A stretch of 64,000 nt of DNA from Cyanobacteria bacterium P01_D01_bin.156 (GCA_039024555.1 JBCCQQ010000018.1:1-64000), one strand, 5' to 3'. Shown: positions 42,663 through 53,229, counted from the stretch's first letter. A program made the numbers and translations. The notes: generated by a model from the letters alone, not told the origin.

Positions 42663-43409
42663 CTAACTCTGAAAGGCTACCACCACGACCGTTATATTAT
42701 CGCGCCCGCCACGCTGTTTTGCTGCATCTACCAAAGATTCAGCTGCTATTGGACAGGAACGGATAGATTTTAAATGGGTCGCTATCAACGGATCCGATAG
42801 TTCCTCTGTCAAACCATCGCTGCACAGTAACAAGCGATCTCCCCCCAGTATGTCCAGGGATTGAATATCAATTCTGTTAAGATCCTCGCGACCTAAACAT
42901 TGGGATAGCACATGGCGCCAGGGATGATGTTTAGATTCGTCTACCGTGAGTTCACCCTCTTCAATGGCTTTGGCTACCCAGGTATGGTCAGTCGTGATTT
43001 GTTCAAGTTGTGCTCCCCTTAAGCGATAAAGACGAGAATCACCAACGTGGGCACACCAGGGCTCGTGTTCTGGTCCCCAAAACATGACAGCGACGGCTGT
43101 TGTGCCCATATCTGCTCGCTCAGGATGGCTATATTGATCCTTGAGGATTGCATCATTAGCCGCAATAAAGGCTTTACGAAGCATGATATCGGGGGGCTCT
43201 GAGCTATCCCAGTGGTTATCTAAATACTGATGAATTGCTTCGGTCGCCAGTCGACTGGCTTCTTGCCCCCCTGCGTGTCCTCCCATACCATCAGCAACTA
43301 CAAAAAAGCGGCCTAAATCATCCAGGTAATAGGCATCTTGATTACTTGCTCGAAGTAATCCTGGATCAGTTAAACCAGCAAAGAGGTGTTGCATAAAGTA
43401 CTTGGGCAT
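42663..43409 (-). CDS. pphA: PP2C/PPM Ser/Thr phosphatase, PphA-like
   Basis: [32 protein letters not shown] flap, CSDGL and GRDN; lies downstream of an ABC1 kinase as in other cyanobacteria. Confidence 0.88.
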   Translation of the reverse strand: MPKYFMQHLFAGLTDPGLLRASNQDAYYLDDLGRFFVVADGMGGHAGGQEASRLATEAIHQYLDNHWDSSEPPDIMLRKAFIAANDAILKDQYSHPERADMGTTAVAVMFWGPEHEPWCAHVGDSRLYRLRGAQLEQITTDHTWVAKAIEEGELTVDESKHHPWRHVLSQCLGREDLNRIDIQSLDILGGDRLLLCSDGLTEELSDPLIATHLKSIRSCPIAAESLVDAAKQRGGRDNITVVVVAFQS

Positions 43410-43524
43410 AAAACTTAAAGAGAGTGCCGTTCCTTGACGAGGGTTTTTAACCCGATGTTATTCAATTCCGCAGAATTGATAGGTTAAATAATCCTCTCAA
43501 CCATTAAGGTGTACCACAAGGAAA

Positions 43525-45369
43525 CTAAGGCAAACGATCAGCGCGACTCAGCCGCATTAAAGCACGAATTAATGCTACTCCTGATGCGATTGCAGGCAAT
43601 ATCATCCCCAACGCAAACCAGGGCAATTGACTGATCAACAATAAAGTGGCTGACAGGGTAAATGTGCCCAGGAGCAACGTATAGTTGGTCATCAAATTGA
43701 CACTGCTGAGGCGACGAATGGCACGGTCTGTTTCAATCGAGCGGACTCGCACCCGAATGTCGCCCCGGTCTAAGCGATCTAAAGAATCTTCAATCCTGCG
43801 GGGTAGGCCAAATGCTGAACTACCAACCTGCGCAGCTTGGCGGCCAATTTCGCCGATAATCCCATTAGCAGAGGATGAATTAGAAACGTTAGTCATAAGC
43901 TCATTAGCAAACGGTTTTGCAGCCTCCATAAAATTGAATTCCGGGTCCAAGCCTTTACCTACACCTTCTAGCGTAGAAAACGCTCGCATCACAAAGGTAA
44001 ACGTTGCGGGAAATCGAAAGGGCTGATCATAAGCAACTGCATATAAATCATCACTAATGGCAGTAATGGACTGCTGCTCAAAGGGCTTGTCCATAAAATT
44101 GTCCAGAATATACTGGATAGAACGGCGTACCGGCCCCATATCTTCAGTTTCTGCCAGTGCCCCCAACTCAATCAACGAGTTCATCACTAAGCCAGCGTCC
44201 CGTTGGGCTACTCCCATAAAGGTACGCATCAATCCATCGCGGGTAATGGGCTTAATTTCACCCATCATGCCAAAATCATAAAAAATCAAAGCACCATCAG
44301 GGTTGACCGCAATATTACCGGGGTGGGGATCGGCATGGAAAAATCCATCATTGAGTAACTGATGTAAATACGCTTGAGCTCCTAATTGAGCCAATCGTTT
44401 TCTATCTAAACCTGCAGCCTCTAGCGACTCATAGTGGCTGATTTTAATACCTGGCAAGTATTCGAGTGTCAGGACACGCTTGGATGCGTAGCGCCAATAA
44501 ATGCGGGGAGCTTTAACCCAATCAAGGTCACGAAAATTCCGTCGAAATGTATCGGCATTACGTCCTTCGTGAAGGAAATCAATTTCTAGCCACAGAATAC
44601 GGCAGCATTCTTCATAAATACCTATCCAGTCCCGCCCCTTACCCCATTCAGGATGGCTTTGAAAATAATAAGCAATCCCCTTAAGAATGGATAAGTCAAT
44701 CTGAAATAGCTGCTGTAGTTGAGGTCGCTGAATTTTTACAACGACTTCATCCCCAGAATGAAGCTGGGCTCGGTGCACTTGCCCCAAACTGGCTGCTGCT
44801 AGGGGTATGGGGTCAAAGCTCTTGTACAACTCCTCAACAGGACGCCCCAAGTCTGCTTCAATGGTCGATTTGACCTGTTCGTAACTAAAGGCAGGTACCT
44901 GATCCTGCAATTTTGAAAGCTCCTCTACGTACTCAACCGGAAAAAGATCTGAGCGGGTTGAGAAGAGCTGACCCAGTTTGATAAAGGTTGGTCCTAAATT
45001 TAAAAAGGTCTGCCGGATCCAACGGGCTTGGACTCGGCGACGAGCTGCTTGCTTGTCGGCGGACATACCACCGGAGTAGCTCCAGGATTTTCCATAGAGC
45101 CAGCGTTTTCCCAGGAAGGTTAAAAAAAACGACCAGATGTCAATAAAGCGCTCTGGACGACTATATCGTCGATTCCATCGATATCGTTTCTCTTCAGACA
45201 GAGTGGGTAACTGTTTCTCAAGTAGAGCAGTATCCCTAGGGATCGTATCTGATTGACTCACCTCCATAATGGTGGAGATATCACGATGACCATTATGATT
45301 ACCGGACGAATGTTCTGATAAACGTTCGTCCGGTGACATTGGATCAGTTGTATTGGGAACTGTAGACAC
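43525..45369 (-). CDS. ABC1/UbiB (AarF) atypical kinase
   Basis: LGPTFIKLGQ, AAASLGQVH, VVKIQRP, HADPHPGN, DFG and C-terminal TM helices. Confidence 0.95.
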   Translation of the reverse strand: MSTVPNTTDPMSPDERLSEHSSGNHNGHRDISTIMEVSQSDTIPRDTALLEKQLPTLSEEKRYRWNRRYSRPERFIDIWSFFLTFLGKRWLYGKSWSYSGGMSADKQAARRRVQARWIRQTFLNLGPTFIKLGQLFSTRSDLFPVEYVEELSKLQDQVPAFSYEQVKSTIEADLGRPVEELYKSFDPIPLAAASLGQVHRAQLHSGDEVVVKIQRPQLQQLFQIDLSILKGIAYYFQSHPEWGKGRDWIGIYEECCRILWLEIDFLHEGRNADTFRRNFRDLDWVKAPRIYWRYASKRVLTLEYLPGIKISHYESLEAAGLDRKRLAQLGAQAYLHQLLNDGFFHADPHPGNIAVNPDGALIFYDFGMMGEIKPITRDGLMRTFMGVAQRDAGLVMNSLIELGALAETEDMGPVRRSIQYILDNFMDKPFEQQSITAISDDLYAVAYDQPFRFPATFTFVMRAFSTLEGVGKGLDPEFNFMEAAKPFANELMTNVSNSSSANGIIGEIGRQAAQVGSSAFGLPRRIEDSLDRLDRGDIRVRVRSIETDRAIRRLSSVNLMTNYTLLLGTFTLSATLLLISQLPWFALGMILPAIASGVALIRALMRLSRADRLP

Positions 45370-45548
45370 GCAGTCTCCTGAATGGCCAACGGCAAAAATT
45401 AGTCGAAAAAATCTTTGTCAATTTAACTAGAACCTACTCTGAACCACCTATACACCTTTAAGGTTCCGGTCTGGTTTGTCACCTGCCGAATGTTGAAATA
45501 TAGCTGGGCTCAGCGCTTCCAAGCTTTCTCTAGATAACCAATAACGGC

Positions 45549-45851
45549 TCATGATGAGCGATATTGCTGTAGAGCAACTCGTACCTGAGCAATTTCTGCC
45601 CTCAGGTTATCAATCGTAGCCTGTAAATCTTCCCCTGAGTCAGAGTCAGACACTGTGGAGGCCATATCTACTTGGGATGACTGAGCTTGCTCAAAAACAT
45701 CTTCAACAAATCGATGAAGCAAGTCCCTTTGTTCAGCATCAAAGCGACCGACACTGCTCATACCAGATGTAAAGGCTTCTTCTACTTTTTCACCAATAGC
45801 TGTTGCTAAGGCTCGCCCCAGAAAGAACGCTTGCAGCGTTGGATTGCTCAT
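45549..45851 (-). CDS. Conserved cyanobacterial coiled-coil protein (DUF6825-like)
   Basis: MSNP..AFFLGRALA..GRFDAEQR..DLQATIDNLRAEIAQ; upstream partner of the ABC1 kinase. Confidence 0.8.
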   Translation of the reverse strand: MSNPTLQAFFLGRALATAIGEKVEEAFTSGMSSVGRFDAEQRDLLHRFVEDVFEQAQSSQVDMASTVSDSDSGEDLQATIDNLRAEIAQVRVALQQYRSS

Positions 45852-45964
45852 GGATTTTTTACGCATACCTAAGCGACATTATACCCATGGTTGAAGTCGA
45901 GCTGGGCGCAAATCGATGATTACATCAGATATTTTTTGTAGGCGCTATCTAATGAATCCCTAAT

Positions 45965-46678
45965 CTAATCTGACAAATCTTCAGGTTCAGAAGGCCAATC
46001 CTCCGTAGACGATGTTATGTTTTCACTGTCCGTAAAAACGGTAGAGCGTGGTTGTTTCTGAAACCACTGTTGAGGCTCCTTTTGGTTGTCCTGGGTCGGT
46101 AAGGATAGTTGGTTCTCTGGAATGAATTCTCTTATCGGTATATCGCCAAATTCTTCAACATCAGGCTGGCTACTATCAGAGGGTAAAATTTCGTCTGCTA
46201 CAGGAGTGGCACTAAGGTTATTGTCATGATCATTGTGCTCTCTCAAAGTAGTGGTTATCGGTGCCGTCTGAGGTCTAAAACCCTCTACTTCAACGTTGCC
46301 CGAAGTGTAGTTTTCATCAGAAAAGGCGTCAAAGCTTGCCTCAGTTGAACTGGGGAGCTCCCGATAAACCAACTGAGGCACTTCAGATTCCTCCTCTGCC
46401 CAGAGGGTATCGAAGTCTCCGTACCCAGACGTTAGGGGAATTGCAGGAGGCCACTCTGCGAGGGGAGGAAAATCTTGTTGAGGCTGAAATAGAGGGGTAC
46501 TTTTCCCAACTGCTGCCATATGAAACCGCATGGTACTGCCTAGAACCACACCCACACAGCTGGCAAGTGCTGCTGTTGCCAGCAGACTAACTAAGCGCTG
46601 TTTAGCTCCTCTGCCACGCTGTGACGTTGAGTCCCTGGATATTGAGCTACTGAGATGTGGCGGTATCATCTGAGACAT
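45965..46678 (-). CDS. Hypothetical single-pass membrane protein with acidic low-complexity C-terminus
   Basis: 237-aa ORF with a hydrophobic segment near aa 30-48 and a D/E/S/P/T-rich tail. Confidence 0.65.
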   Translation of the reverse strand: MSQMIPPHLSSSISRDSTSQRGRGAKQRLVSLLATAALASCVGVVLGSTMRFHMAAVGKSTPLFQPQQDFPPLAEWPPAIPLTSGYGDFDTLWAEEESEVPQLVYRELPSSTEASFDAFSDENYTSGNVEVEGFRPQTAPITTTLREHNDHDNNLSATPVADEILPSDSSQPDVEEFGDIPIREFIPENQLSLPTQDNQKEPQQWFQKQPRSTVFTDSENITSSTEDWPSEPEDLSD

Positions 46679-47022
46679 ATGAACACCAAGAGACTAGAAT
46701 TAAGGAACAGCACGGAGTAGCTATTAACAGCATACGTTAGCTACAGGAATAATGATGTTCCTGCTCACACTATTGAAGTAGGTATAGGGTAGGACGCAAT
46801 TTAATATTTCCTCAATGTCTCACTTTAGAGATAGCCGCGGATAAATGGCAATAGTACCCATGAGTATCTTTTAGTATTAGTTGTATGTATAGTCTGCTCA
46901 ATAAGGGTTTTAGAGTATTGGGGAATTATTCTTAGGCGTTTGGTTGTCAGGCATAGGTGTTGGTTGGCCTGGTGAGAAAGGCCGCCCTCTATGGTCAAAT
47001 CCAAGTCATTCATTAGTGAATT

Positions 47023-49392
47023 TTATGTCAGAGGATAGTGTTGCTCCAGATATGTTTCTGCAGATTCTGACGAGGTGATATGACCATCTAGTGCAGCATA
47101 GGTTAAGGCTGCGAGTATGGTTCGATAGAGTGGACCTGGGCAATACCCTAAACGTTGCAGTGCATGGCCATCTATTGGGCATTGGATATGTGCCAACTGT
47201 GTGATGTAGTGCCAAACGTATGTCCCAATGCGTTTGGGGTGACGCACGCTTACCAGTAAAAGTGTAGGTAAGTCGTAGGCTATCAAGCTCTGATAAATAA
47301 AACTATTGCTTGATTTATGTTGCAGTTTAGTGAGTAAGGTGTTTTCGGTATTGGCGAGTTTCTGTAAGCGTTGAATAGAATGTTGAGGTAACTGTAAGTT
47401 GATGGCTATTTGAGCTCGTTCCTCTACCTGTGCAAGCAAAACCTCCAGTCTTATGAGCCAAGTGGGGGGCTCCATTTCTCGATGATTTAGGTCCTTGATA
47501 AACCTCTGTTGCCAGTACCCCACACGATGTATTTGTCGCCATAGTTCTGGAGCTAAAGCAAGGGATGGGTGCAAACAGCTGAGGGCTCCGAACTTGTCCA
47601 GCATTGCTAGGGCTTTCGACCAATAGTCTGCTTGAAAAAGATATGAGAGTTCAGCTTTGAGACGAGTTTGTAGCGCAGGTAATGGTTTGTCTTCAGCTTG
47701 GAGCCTGGTGTAAATGCCGCTGTGAATGGCATAACGGATAAACGTTTCGGTTTGAGGGGCCATGACAAAATCCAGTCGTACGGCAAAACGTACGGCCCTG
47801 AAAATACGTGTGGGGTCTTCAATAAAGCTGTTGGCATGAAGTACTCGGACTTGGCGCTGCTGAATATCTACAGTGCCGCCAAAAAAATCTAGCAGTAACC
47901 CGGATATAGGCTCTGTTAGACGGAGTGCCATGGCGTTTATGGTAAAGTCTCGGCGATAAAGATCCTGTTGGATGGAACTAGGTTCCACCTCTGGGTTGGC
48001 TGCTGGGTAAGGGTAAAACTCAGTCCGAGCTGTAGCAATATCGATTATTAAGGGAGGTTGACCGGGCTCTGCTCGCCAACTTAATGTAGCGGTCTTAAAT
48101 GCTCCATGTATCCGCAGCTCAGCGTCGGGATACTCCTGCTGGACTTTCTGCGCCAATACTACTCCCGCTCCATCTACTACAGGTGAATGAAAGCTATCTA
48201 CGACCAAATCAATATCCTTAAGGGGGGCAACAGTATCGTCGGAAGCTAGCAATAGGTCTCGGACGGCTCCACCTACAACATAAAGATGCCACCCCTGTTG
48301 ATGGGCTGCTGTGGCAATTTGGTTCAGTAACGTCCACAGGTTTTGGGCTGAGAGTACGGTTTGATGAGCTCTTAGCGATGTTTCCAGCCGCCCGTACACT
48401 GTGGTTGTTGAATCATTCAGGTGAGTGTCTTTGGTGGTTTTGGCAGAAGATACTTGTCTAAGCACGTCGCTGCGAGTGACGATGCCCACCAGTTCACCTT
48501 TATCAAGTACAGGTAGGCGAGCGATATCGTAGATCACCATTAGAGACTGAATTTCATGCAGTGGTGTCTTCGGCTCTATGGTTTTGATATCAAGGGTTAT
48601 ATATCCCTGGACTGTTGCATCAGTAAATCCGTGGTGTACGGCTAAATCAATATCTCGCTGTGAAATAATGCCTTGGAATTTATTGGTATTACTCACCACA
48701 CATAGTCCTGAATGGCCGTAGCGTAGGAAAAGCCGTTGTGCATCTGTCACCGTTGTGTCAGGACGAATGGTCTTCACTGGTGAAGACATCAGATCTTCAG
48801 CACTGAGTAAATTTTGGTGGATGGTTGATGCCTCTAGTGTTAAGGCCTCAGAAATTATTGTTTGATTAGCTCCTGCCTCCAATAGCCAGGCCAAGGCATG
48901 GATATCCCGAGATGTGGTGTTGATAAGGGCTAATGAGCCCGTACCTTGATGAATCCCCAAGGCCATCACTGTGGCTTGTGTTGGTGAAAGCTTGCTTGCG
49001 TTCTCTTGTAAGGACTCCACTACTAGAGTTGTCGTAGCACCGACGGCTTCTATGTGGTGATGGCCAGGGAGATCCGCGGAGAGGTCAGTGTGTTTGCTGT
49101 AGATTGTAATGGGTAGCTGTGCTGCGATCGCATGTTCCATCCAAGCTGTTCCTATCCCCAAACAACTGTGCTGATGACAATCCACTAAAGTAAGCGAGCG
49201 AAGTATAGAAAGAGGGACTTGCTGCTGCTCAATGAGGGGGGGATCAGCGTGATGCTGAGCTAAAAACGATTTAATTGCTTGATGTAGCTTTCCTGGTACA
49301 ACAATTCGACCTTTTGGCCGTAGACAGGCTATGCCGAGCGCGGCCCCAAATGTGTCCCAGTCTGCATTTGTATGGCAAATAATCAAGTCCAT
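47023..49392 (-). CDS. CBS-domain tRNA nucleotidyltransferase (probable A-adding enzyme)
   Basis: DHH-like N-terminus, two CBS domains, and class II NTase motifs VGGAVRD, DID, RRDFTINA and EDPTRIFRAVRF. Confidence 0.9.
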   Translation of the reverse strand: MDLIICHTNADWDTFGAALGIACLRPKGRIVVPGKLHQAIKSFLAQHHADPPLIEQQQVPLSILRSLTLVDCHQHSCLGIGTAWMEHAIAAQLPITIYSKHTDLSADLPGHHHIEAVGATTTLVVESLQENASKLSPTQATVMALGIHQGTGSLALINTTSRDIHALAWLLEAGANQTIISEALTLEASTIHQNLLSAEDLMSSPVKTIRPDTTVTDAQRLFLRYGHSGLCVVSNTNKFQGIISQRDIDLAVHHGFTDATVQGYITLDIKTIEPKTPLHEIQSLMVIYDIARLPVLDKGELVGIVTRSDVLRQVSSAKTTKDTHLNDSTTTVYGRLETSLRAHQTVLSAQNLWTLLNQIATAAHQQGWHLYVVGGAVRDLLLASDDTVAPLKDIDLVVDSFHSPVVDGAGVVLAQKVQQEYPDAELRIHGAFKTATLSWRAEPGQPPLIIDIATARTEFYPYPAANPEVEPSSIQQDLYRRDFTINAMALRLTEPISGLLLDFFGGTVDIQQRQVRVLHANSFIEDPTRIFRAVRFAVRLDFVMAPQTETFIRYAIHSGIYTRLQAEDKPLPALQTRLKAELSYLFQADYWSKALAMLDKFGALSCLHPSLALAPELWRQIHRVGYWQQRFIKDLNHREMEPPTWLIRLEVLLAQVEERAQIAINLQLPQHSIQRLQKLANTENTLLTKLQHKSSNSFIYQSLIAYDLPTLLLVSVRHPKRIGTYVWHYITQLAHIQCPIDGHALQRLGYCPGPLYRTILAALTYAALDGHITSSESAETYLEQHYPLT

Positions 49393-49606
49393 ACCGTATC
49401 TATTAATTTTGTCTCAACAGCAGTTCACATCAAGACCTCAAATTATTAGGCCAAAGAAATTAATCCATCGGATTCAAGGAAAATGCTTTCTTTAGGGGCC
49501 TAATGTTTGATAGCTTACTAATCAGGATGAGCGGTGCTCCATACTGTATCACCGTCAATATTAAGAGGCTTCTCCAAGTCTAGGTTTGAAGTCCCGCCGG
49601 ATTAGC

Positions 49607-49624
49607 GTTACAGATTTTTACTGA
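49607..49624 (+). promoter_or_regulatory. HLR1-like (RpaB) direct repeat upstream of psbZ
   Basis: GTTACAGA-TT-TTTACTGA compared with consensus (G/T)TTACA(T/A)(T/A)-N2 repeat; imperfect match. Confidence 0.45.
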
Positions 49625-49669
49625 AACGTAATTTAATCAAATATTTTGCTGTCTTGAGAGTAGCGAGTT

Positions 49670-49858
49670 ATGTCTATCCTGTTCCAACTGTTTTTATTTG
49701 TTCTGGTAGTTTGGTCTTTTGTAATGGTGATTGGGGTTCCCGTTGCTTACGCTTCACCCCAAAACTGGGAACAATCCAAACGACTAATTTTCCTAGGCTC
49801 AATTATTTGGGGTGTTCTCGTAATTGTAGTGGGTAGCTTGAATTACTTGGTTGTCTGA
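49670..49858 (+). CDS. psbZ: Photosystem II reaction centre protein Z
   Basis: 62 aa with two TM helices; [20 protein letters not shown]. Confidence 0.97.
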   Translation: MSILFQLFLFVLVVWSFVMVIGVPVAYASPQNWEQSKRLIFLGSIIWGVLVIVVGSLNYLVV

Positions 49859-50037
49859 GACAGCCCATATCCCTATTTAGCGGAATGCCTGCTTTTATTG
49901 ACTTTACTGTTTGCAGGGCAATCATTAGTAACGTCTGATTGTCTTGCAACTATTTGCGCAAACTGCTAGAGGCCATTGCCAGTAACTTCAACCATAGGGG
50001 TGTATGAAAACTTGGCAAGACCCGCAATATATGCGAT

Positions 50038-50074
50038 CAGGTGGTAAGGTCATAGACCTACCACCTGCTTTTTT
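50038..50074 (+). terminator. Intrinsic terminator-like hairpin directly upstream of ribH
   Basis: CAGGTGGT-A-AGGTC-ATA-GACCT-ACCACCTG followed by CTTTTTT. Confidence 0.65.
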
Positions 50075-50088
50075 CAATAGAGTATCCC

Positions 50089-50634
50089 ATGGCTGTTTTT
50101 GAAGGAAATTTTGACCGTGCTCGCAATGCAAAGTTTGCAATTGTGATTGGTCGGTTTAATGACCTGGTTACTAACAAATTGTTAGAGGGGTGTCAGGACT
50201 GTCTGAAACGTCATGGTGTAAACATCGACCCCCATGGTAGTCAGGTGGACTATGCATGGGTGCCTGGCAGCTTTGAAGTAGCTCTGGTTGCGCGACAACT
50301 AGCCCTCAGCGGTCGGTATAACGCCATCATTTGTTTGGGCGCAGTTATTCGAGGCCAAACTCCTCATTTTGATTATGTTGCTGCTGAAGTATCTAAAGGG
50401 ATTGCAGCCGCTGGTTTTCAAACGGGTGTGCCAGTGGTGTTCGGTATCCTTACAACGGATTCCATGCAACAGGCCCTGGAAAGAGCCGGCATTAAAAGTA
50501 ACCTTGGTTGGAACTATGCCATGAGTGCTTTAGAAATGGCTAGCCTTATGGTTCAGCTACCCCAAGCACAGAATACTCTAGACATGCCTAAGGTCGTGCC
50601 ACAATTACCGACGGCAGCAGATGCTCAGGGGTAA
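50089..50634 (+). CDS. ribH: 6,7-dimethyl-8-ribityllumazine synthase
   Basis: [26 protein letters not shown] and QALERAG. Confidence 0.98.
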   Translation: MAVFEGNFDRARNAKFAIVIGRFNDLVTNKLLEGCQDCLKRHGVNIDPHGSQVDYAWVPGSFEVALVARQLALSGRYNAIICLGAVIRGQTPHFDYVAAEVSKGIAAAGFQTGVPVVFGILTTDSMQQALERAGIKSNLGWNYAMSALEMASLMVQLPQAQNTLDMPKVVPQLPTAADAQG

Positions 50635-50767
50635 ATTAATCAAACAAAATGATGGAACCCTAGTCTAATTTTTTATCTTGGTTGATCTCCGTTTTATTGG
50701 GGCTTGAGGATATGGGGTGAGGGCAGCTTAGCTTTTCTATAAGATTCTGACTCTGCCCAGAACTAGT

Positions 50768-50797
50768 TTGACAAAGAAAAGCGTTCTATGGCATTCT
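50768..50797 (+). promoter_or_regulatory. Promoter of tRNA-Gly
   Basis: TTGACA, 18-nt spacer, CATTCT with an upstream TG. Confidence 0.5.
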
Positions 50798-50821
50798 GAA
50801 TAAGGTCAAAACAAGGCAAAT

Positions 50822-50893
50822 GCGGGTGTAGCTCAGTGGTAGAGCGTCACCTTGCCAAGGTGAATGTCGCGCGTTCGAATCGCGTCACCCGCT
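50822..50893 (+). tRNA. trnG: tRNA-Gly(GCC), CCA not encoded
   Basis: Acceptor stem GCGGGTG/CACCCGC, anticodon arm TCACC-TTGCCAA-GGTGA (GCC at 50854-50856) and T-loop TTCGAAT. Confidence 0.98.
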
Positions 50894-51118
50894 TAATCGT
50901 AAGAAGTCTTTCATAGAATATTAATATCTTAAAAGGCTCGCTTGTTTTGTAGTGCAGCCTACATGTATGGCAAACCTGCGGTTACGCTATATGTGAACTG
51001 AGTAGAGATAAATTTTGGTGCGATAAAGCATCTGGTTTTTATCGGTTCTAGCTGATTTAGACTGATCTAGAATACTGGCGTTGACGGTCGTCTCCAGTGC
51101 TTTGGTACTGTGCTGTTC

Positions 51119-52000
51119 TTAAAGGCTGGCCATTTCAAAAGTTTTTAATTCTTTCAAGTCCAGTACCATTCCTTCACGGGCCACAATGCTATTCGGAAAT
51201 TCAGCCGATGTCTTGTTCCCAATATCATCCATAAAGTCATCGTCATGTAAGGGGTCGTGGTGGAATACCACTAACTTTTTAACGTTTGCAGCCTTAGCTA
51301 TTTTTACCGCCTCTTGCCAAGTAGAGTGACCCCAACCTACCTTACTGCTGGTGGCCGAATTATATTCTGCATCTGTATAGGTGCAGTCATAAATCATGAC
51401 ATCGGCGTTTTGCGCTAGGTATAGAACATTTTCATCTAACCGGTCTGGAAAGTGTTCTGTATCAGTAATGTAGGCAGCGACCAACCCATTCCACTCAACT
51501 CGATATCCTACAGCTTCCCCTGGATGATTGAGTAAGGCATTCGTGACATCAATGTCCCCAATGGCAATGCTCTCCCCGATAGATAAGTCACAAAATTTTA
51601 GCTGTGCCTGCATAATTTGCAGAGGTACCGGAAAATTGGGATGCAACATTTGATCGTTTAAGCGTTGCTCGATGGTAGCTCCATTGGGAGCAATGACGCC
51701 GTAAACCTCAAACTGATTGCTCGGTAAAAACGCTGGTACAAAAAATGGAAAACCTTGAATATGATCCCAATGGGAGTGAGTGAAAAATAAACTCGCCTGT
51801 ACTGGATTGCCTTCCATCAGAAGATGCTGGCCTAACTCCCTCAATCCGGTGCCACCATCAAAAATTAGACGCTCACCGTTGACCCGCATTTCAATGCAAG
51901 AGGTATTGCCGCCATAGCGCACTGTTTCTGGACCAGGGCAAGGAATACTTCCTCGTACACCCCAAAAATGAATCGTAAATTGAGAATTCGAGTCGGACAT
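51119..52000 (-). CDS. MBL-fold metallo-hydrolase (RNase Z/BN or cyclic-nucleotide phosphodiesterase-like)
   Basis: WGVRGSIP, YGGNTSC, THSHWDHIQG, TDTEH, GWGHST and FHHDP. Confidence 0.9.
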   Translation of the reverse strand: MSDSNSQFTIHFWGVRGSIPCPGPETVRYGGNTSCIEMRVNGERLIFDGGTGLRELGQHLLMEGNPVQASLFFTHSHWDHIQGFPFFVPAFLPSNQFEVYGVIAPNGATIEQRLNDQMLHPNFPVPLQIMQAQLKFCDLSIGESIAIGDIDVTNALLNHPGEAVGYRVEWNGLVAAYITDTEHFPDRLDENVLYLAQNADVMIYDCTYTDAEYNSATSSKVGWGHSTWQEAVKIAKAANVKKLVVFHHDPLHDDDFMDDIGNKTSAEFPNSIVAREGMVLDLKELKTFEMASL

Positions 52001-52331
52001 CAGTGGCTAGTAATGACGTTAATGAGGGACGCGAACGGAGAGCTTAATAGCCTTAGCTGATTTGAGAAAACCTATTAGCGCGACGCATTACCCTGTTTTC
52101 TAAATCAACAGGAACGATCAGGAATCATCCTAGTACCCATTGATTTCTTGCAAATATGTCGCCCTAAGCTGCCTTCGTTAAGCGGATGAAGGGCTCTATT
52201 GATTTGCATTTCGGCCTTTAAATTAAAAATAGAATTCGTACATTATTGCAATATCGGAAGCTTATCTTAAAGATTAAGTCATCTTGTTTACAGCCAGTTT
52301 GCCCAAAGCAGTAGTAAAAATTAGGCGTGCA

Positions 52332-53144
52332 TCAGAACAAAGTTAGTTCAGATAGATCGTTATAGGCTGTGAGGTCATAGTGTAAAGGGGTGACAGTGAC
52401 ATATCGGTCTTTGATAGCCTTTACATCTGTGGGGAATGCGGTCATGAATGCCTTATTTTGTGAATTATTCAGACTATTGGGTAATCCATTAAAAAAATCG
52501 TTTTCGCTTTCCTCTATGACTTCCCCTGCTAACCAATAGTAAGTTTTGCCACGAGGATCAACTCGTTTTTCAAATAGGTCACGATAGCGTCTAACGCCAA
52601 GGCGAGCTAAAGTCACTCCCTGAATTTTTGCTTTGGATATAGGGGGAATATTGAGGTTAAGTAATAGCGGTTGTTTTAGTTGAGCAAGTCTGAGTACAAA
52701 TTTTCCCGCATAATCTGCTGCTAGGTCGAAGTCAGGGTAGTTAAAGCTAGCTAGGCTGATTGCCAAACTGGGGATACCTTCCAGTAAGCCCTCCATGGCC
52801 GCTGATACAGTGCCAGAATACAGAACGTCATTGCCTAAATTGGCTCCATGATTAATACCTGACAGTACGCAGTCAGGTGGGTGGTCCAAGAGTGCATCCA
52901 GGGCTAGTTTGACACAGTCTGCAGGAGTCCCTGAACACGCCCAAGCTTGAATGGTGTCGTGATAGACAGAAGAAACTTGTTCAACACGAATGGGCTGATG
53001 CATTGTAATGCCATGGCCTGTAGCAGAACGCTCTCGATCGGGACAGACGACGGTCACATTATGACCCGCTTTAGCTAGGCCATGGGCAAGGGTTCGAATT
53101 CCCTTGGCAAAAATGCCGTCATCGTTGCTAATTAATAGTTTCAT
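52332..53144 (-). CDS. surE: 5'/3'-nucleotidase SurE
   Basis: [33 protein letters not shown] and VTVTPL. Confidence 0.96.
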   Translation of the reverse strand: MKLLISNDDGIFAKGIRTLAHGLAKAGHNVTVVCPDRERSATGHGITMHQPIRVEQVSSVYHDTIQAWACSGTPADCVKLALDALLDHPPDCVLSGINHGANLGNDVLYSGTVSAAMEGLLEGIPSLAISLASFNYPDFDLAADYAGKFVLRLAQLKQPLLLNLNIPPISKAKIQGVTLARLGVRRYRDLFEKRVDPRGKTYYWLAGEVIEESENDFFNGLPNSLNNSQNKAFMTAFPTDVKAIKDRYVTVTPLHYDLTAYNDLSELTLF

Positions 53145-53229
53145 GGGGGATCAAAACTTCGGTGTAGACTAAGGAGTGGCCCTAAAGCCTATTTCCTTTT
53201 CGCCTTCTTCGTTTTCACTTTTTGCCGAT

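Noticed and set aside
49859..50088. Canonical FMN riboswitch before ribH
   Set aside because: The FMN aptamer consensus segments are not visible. The region is retained only as an unknown structured element.
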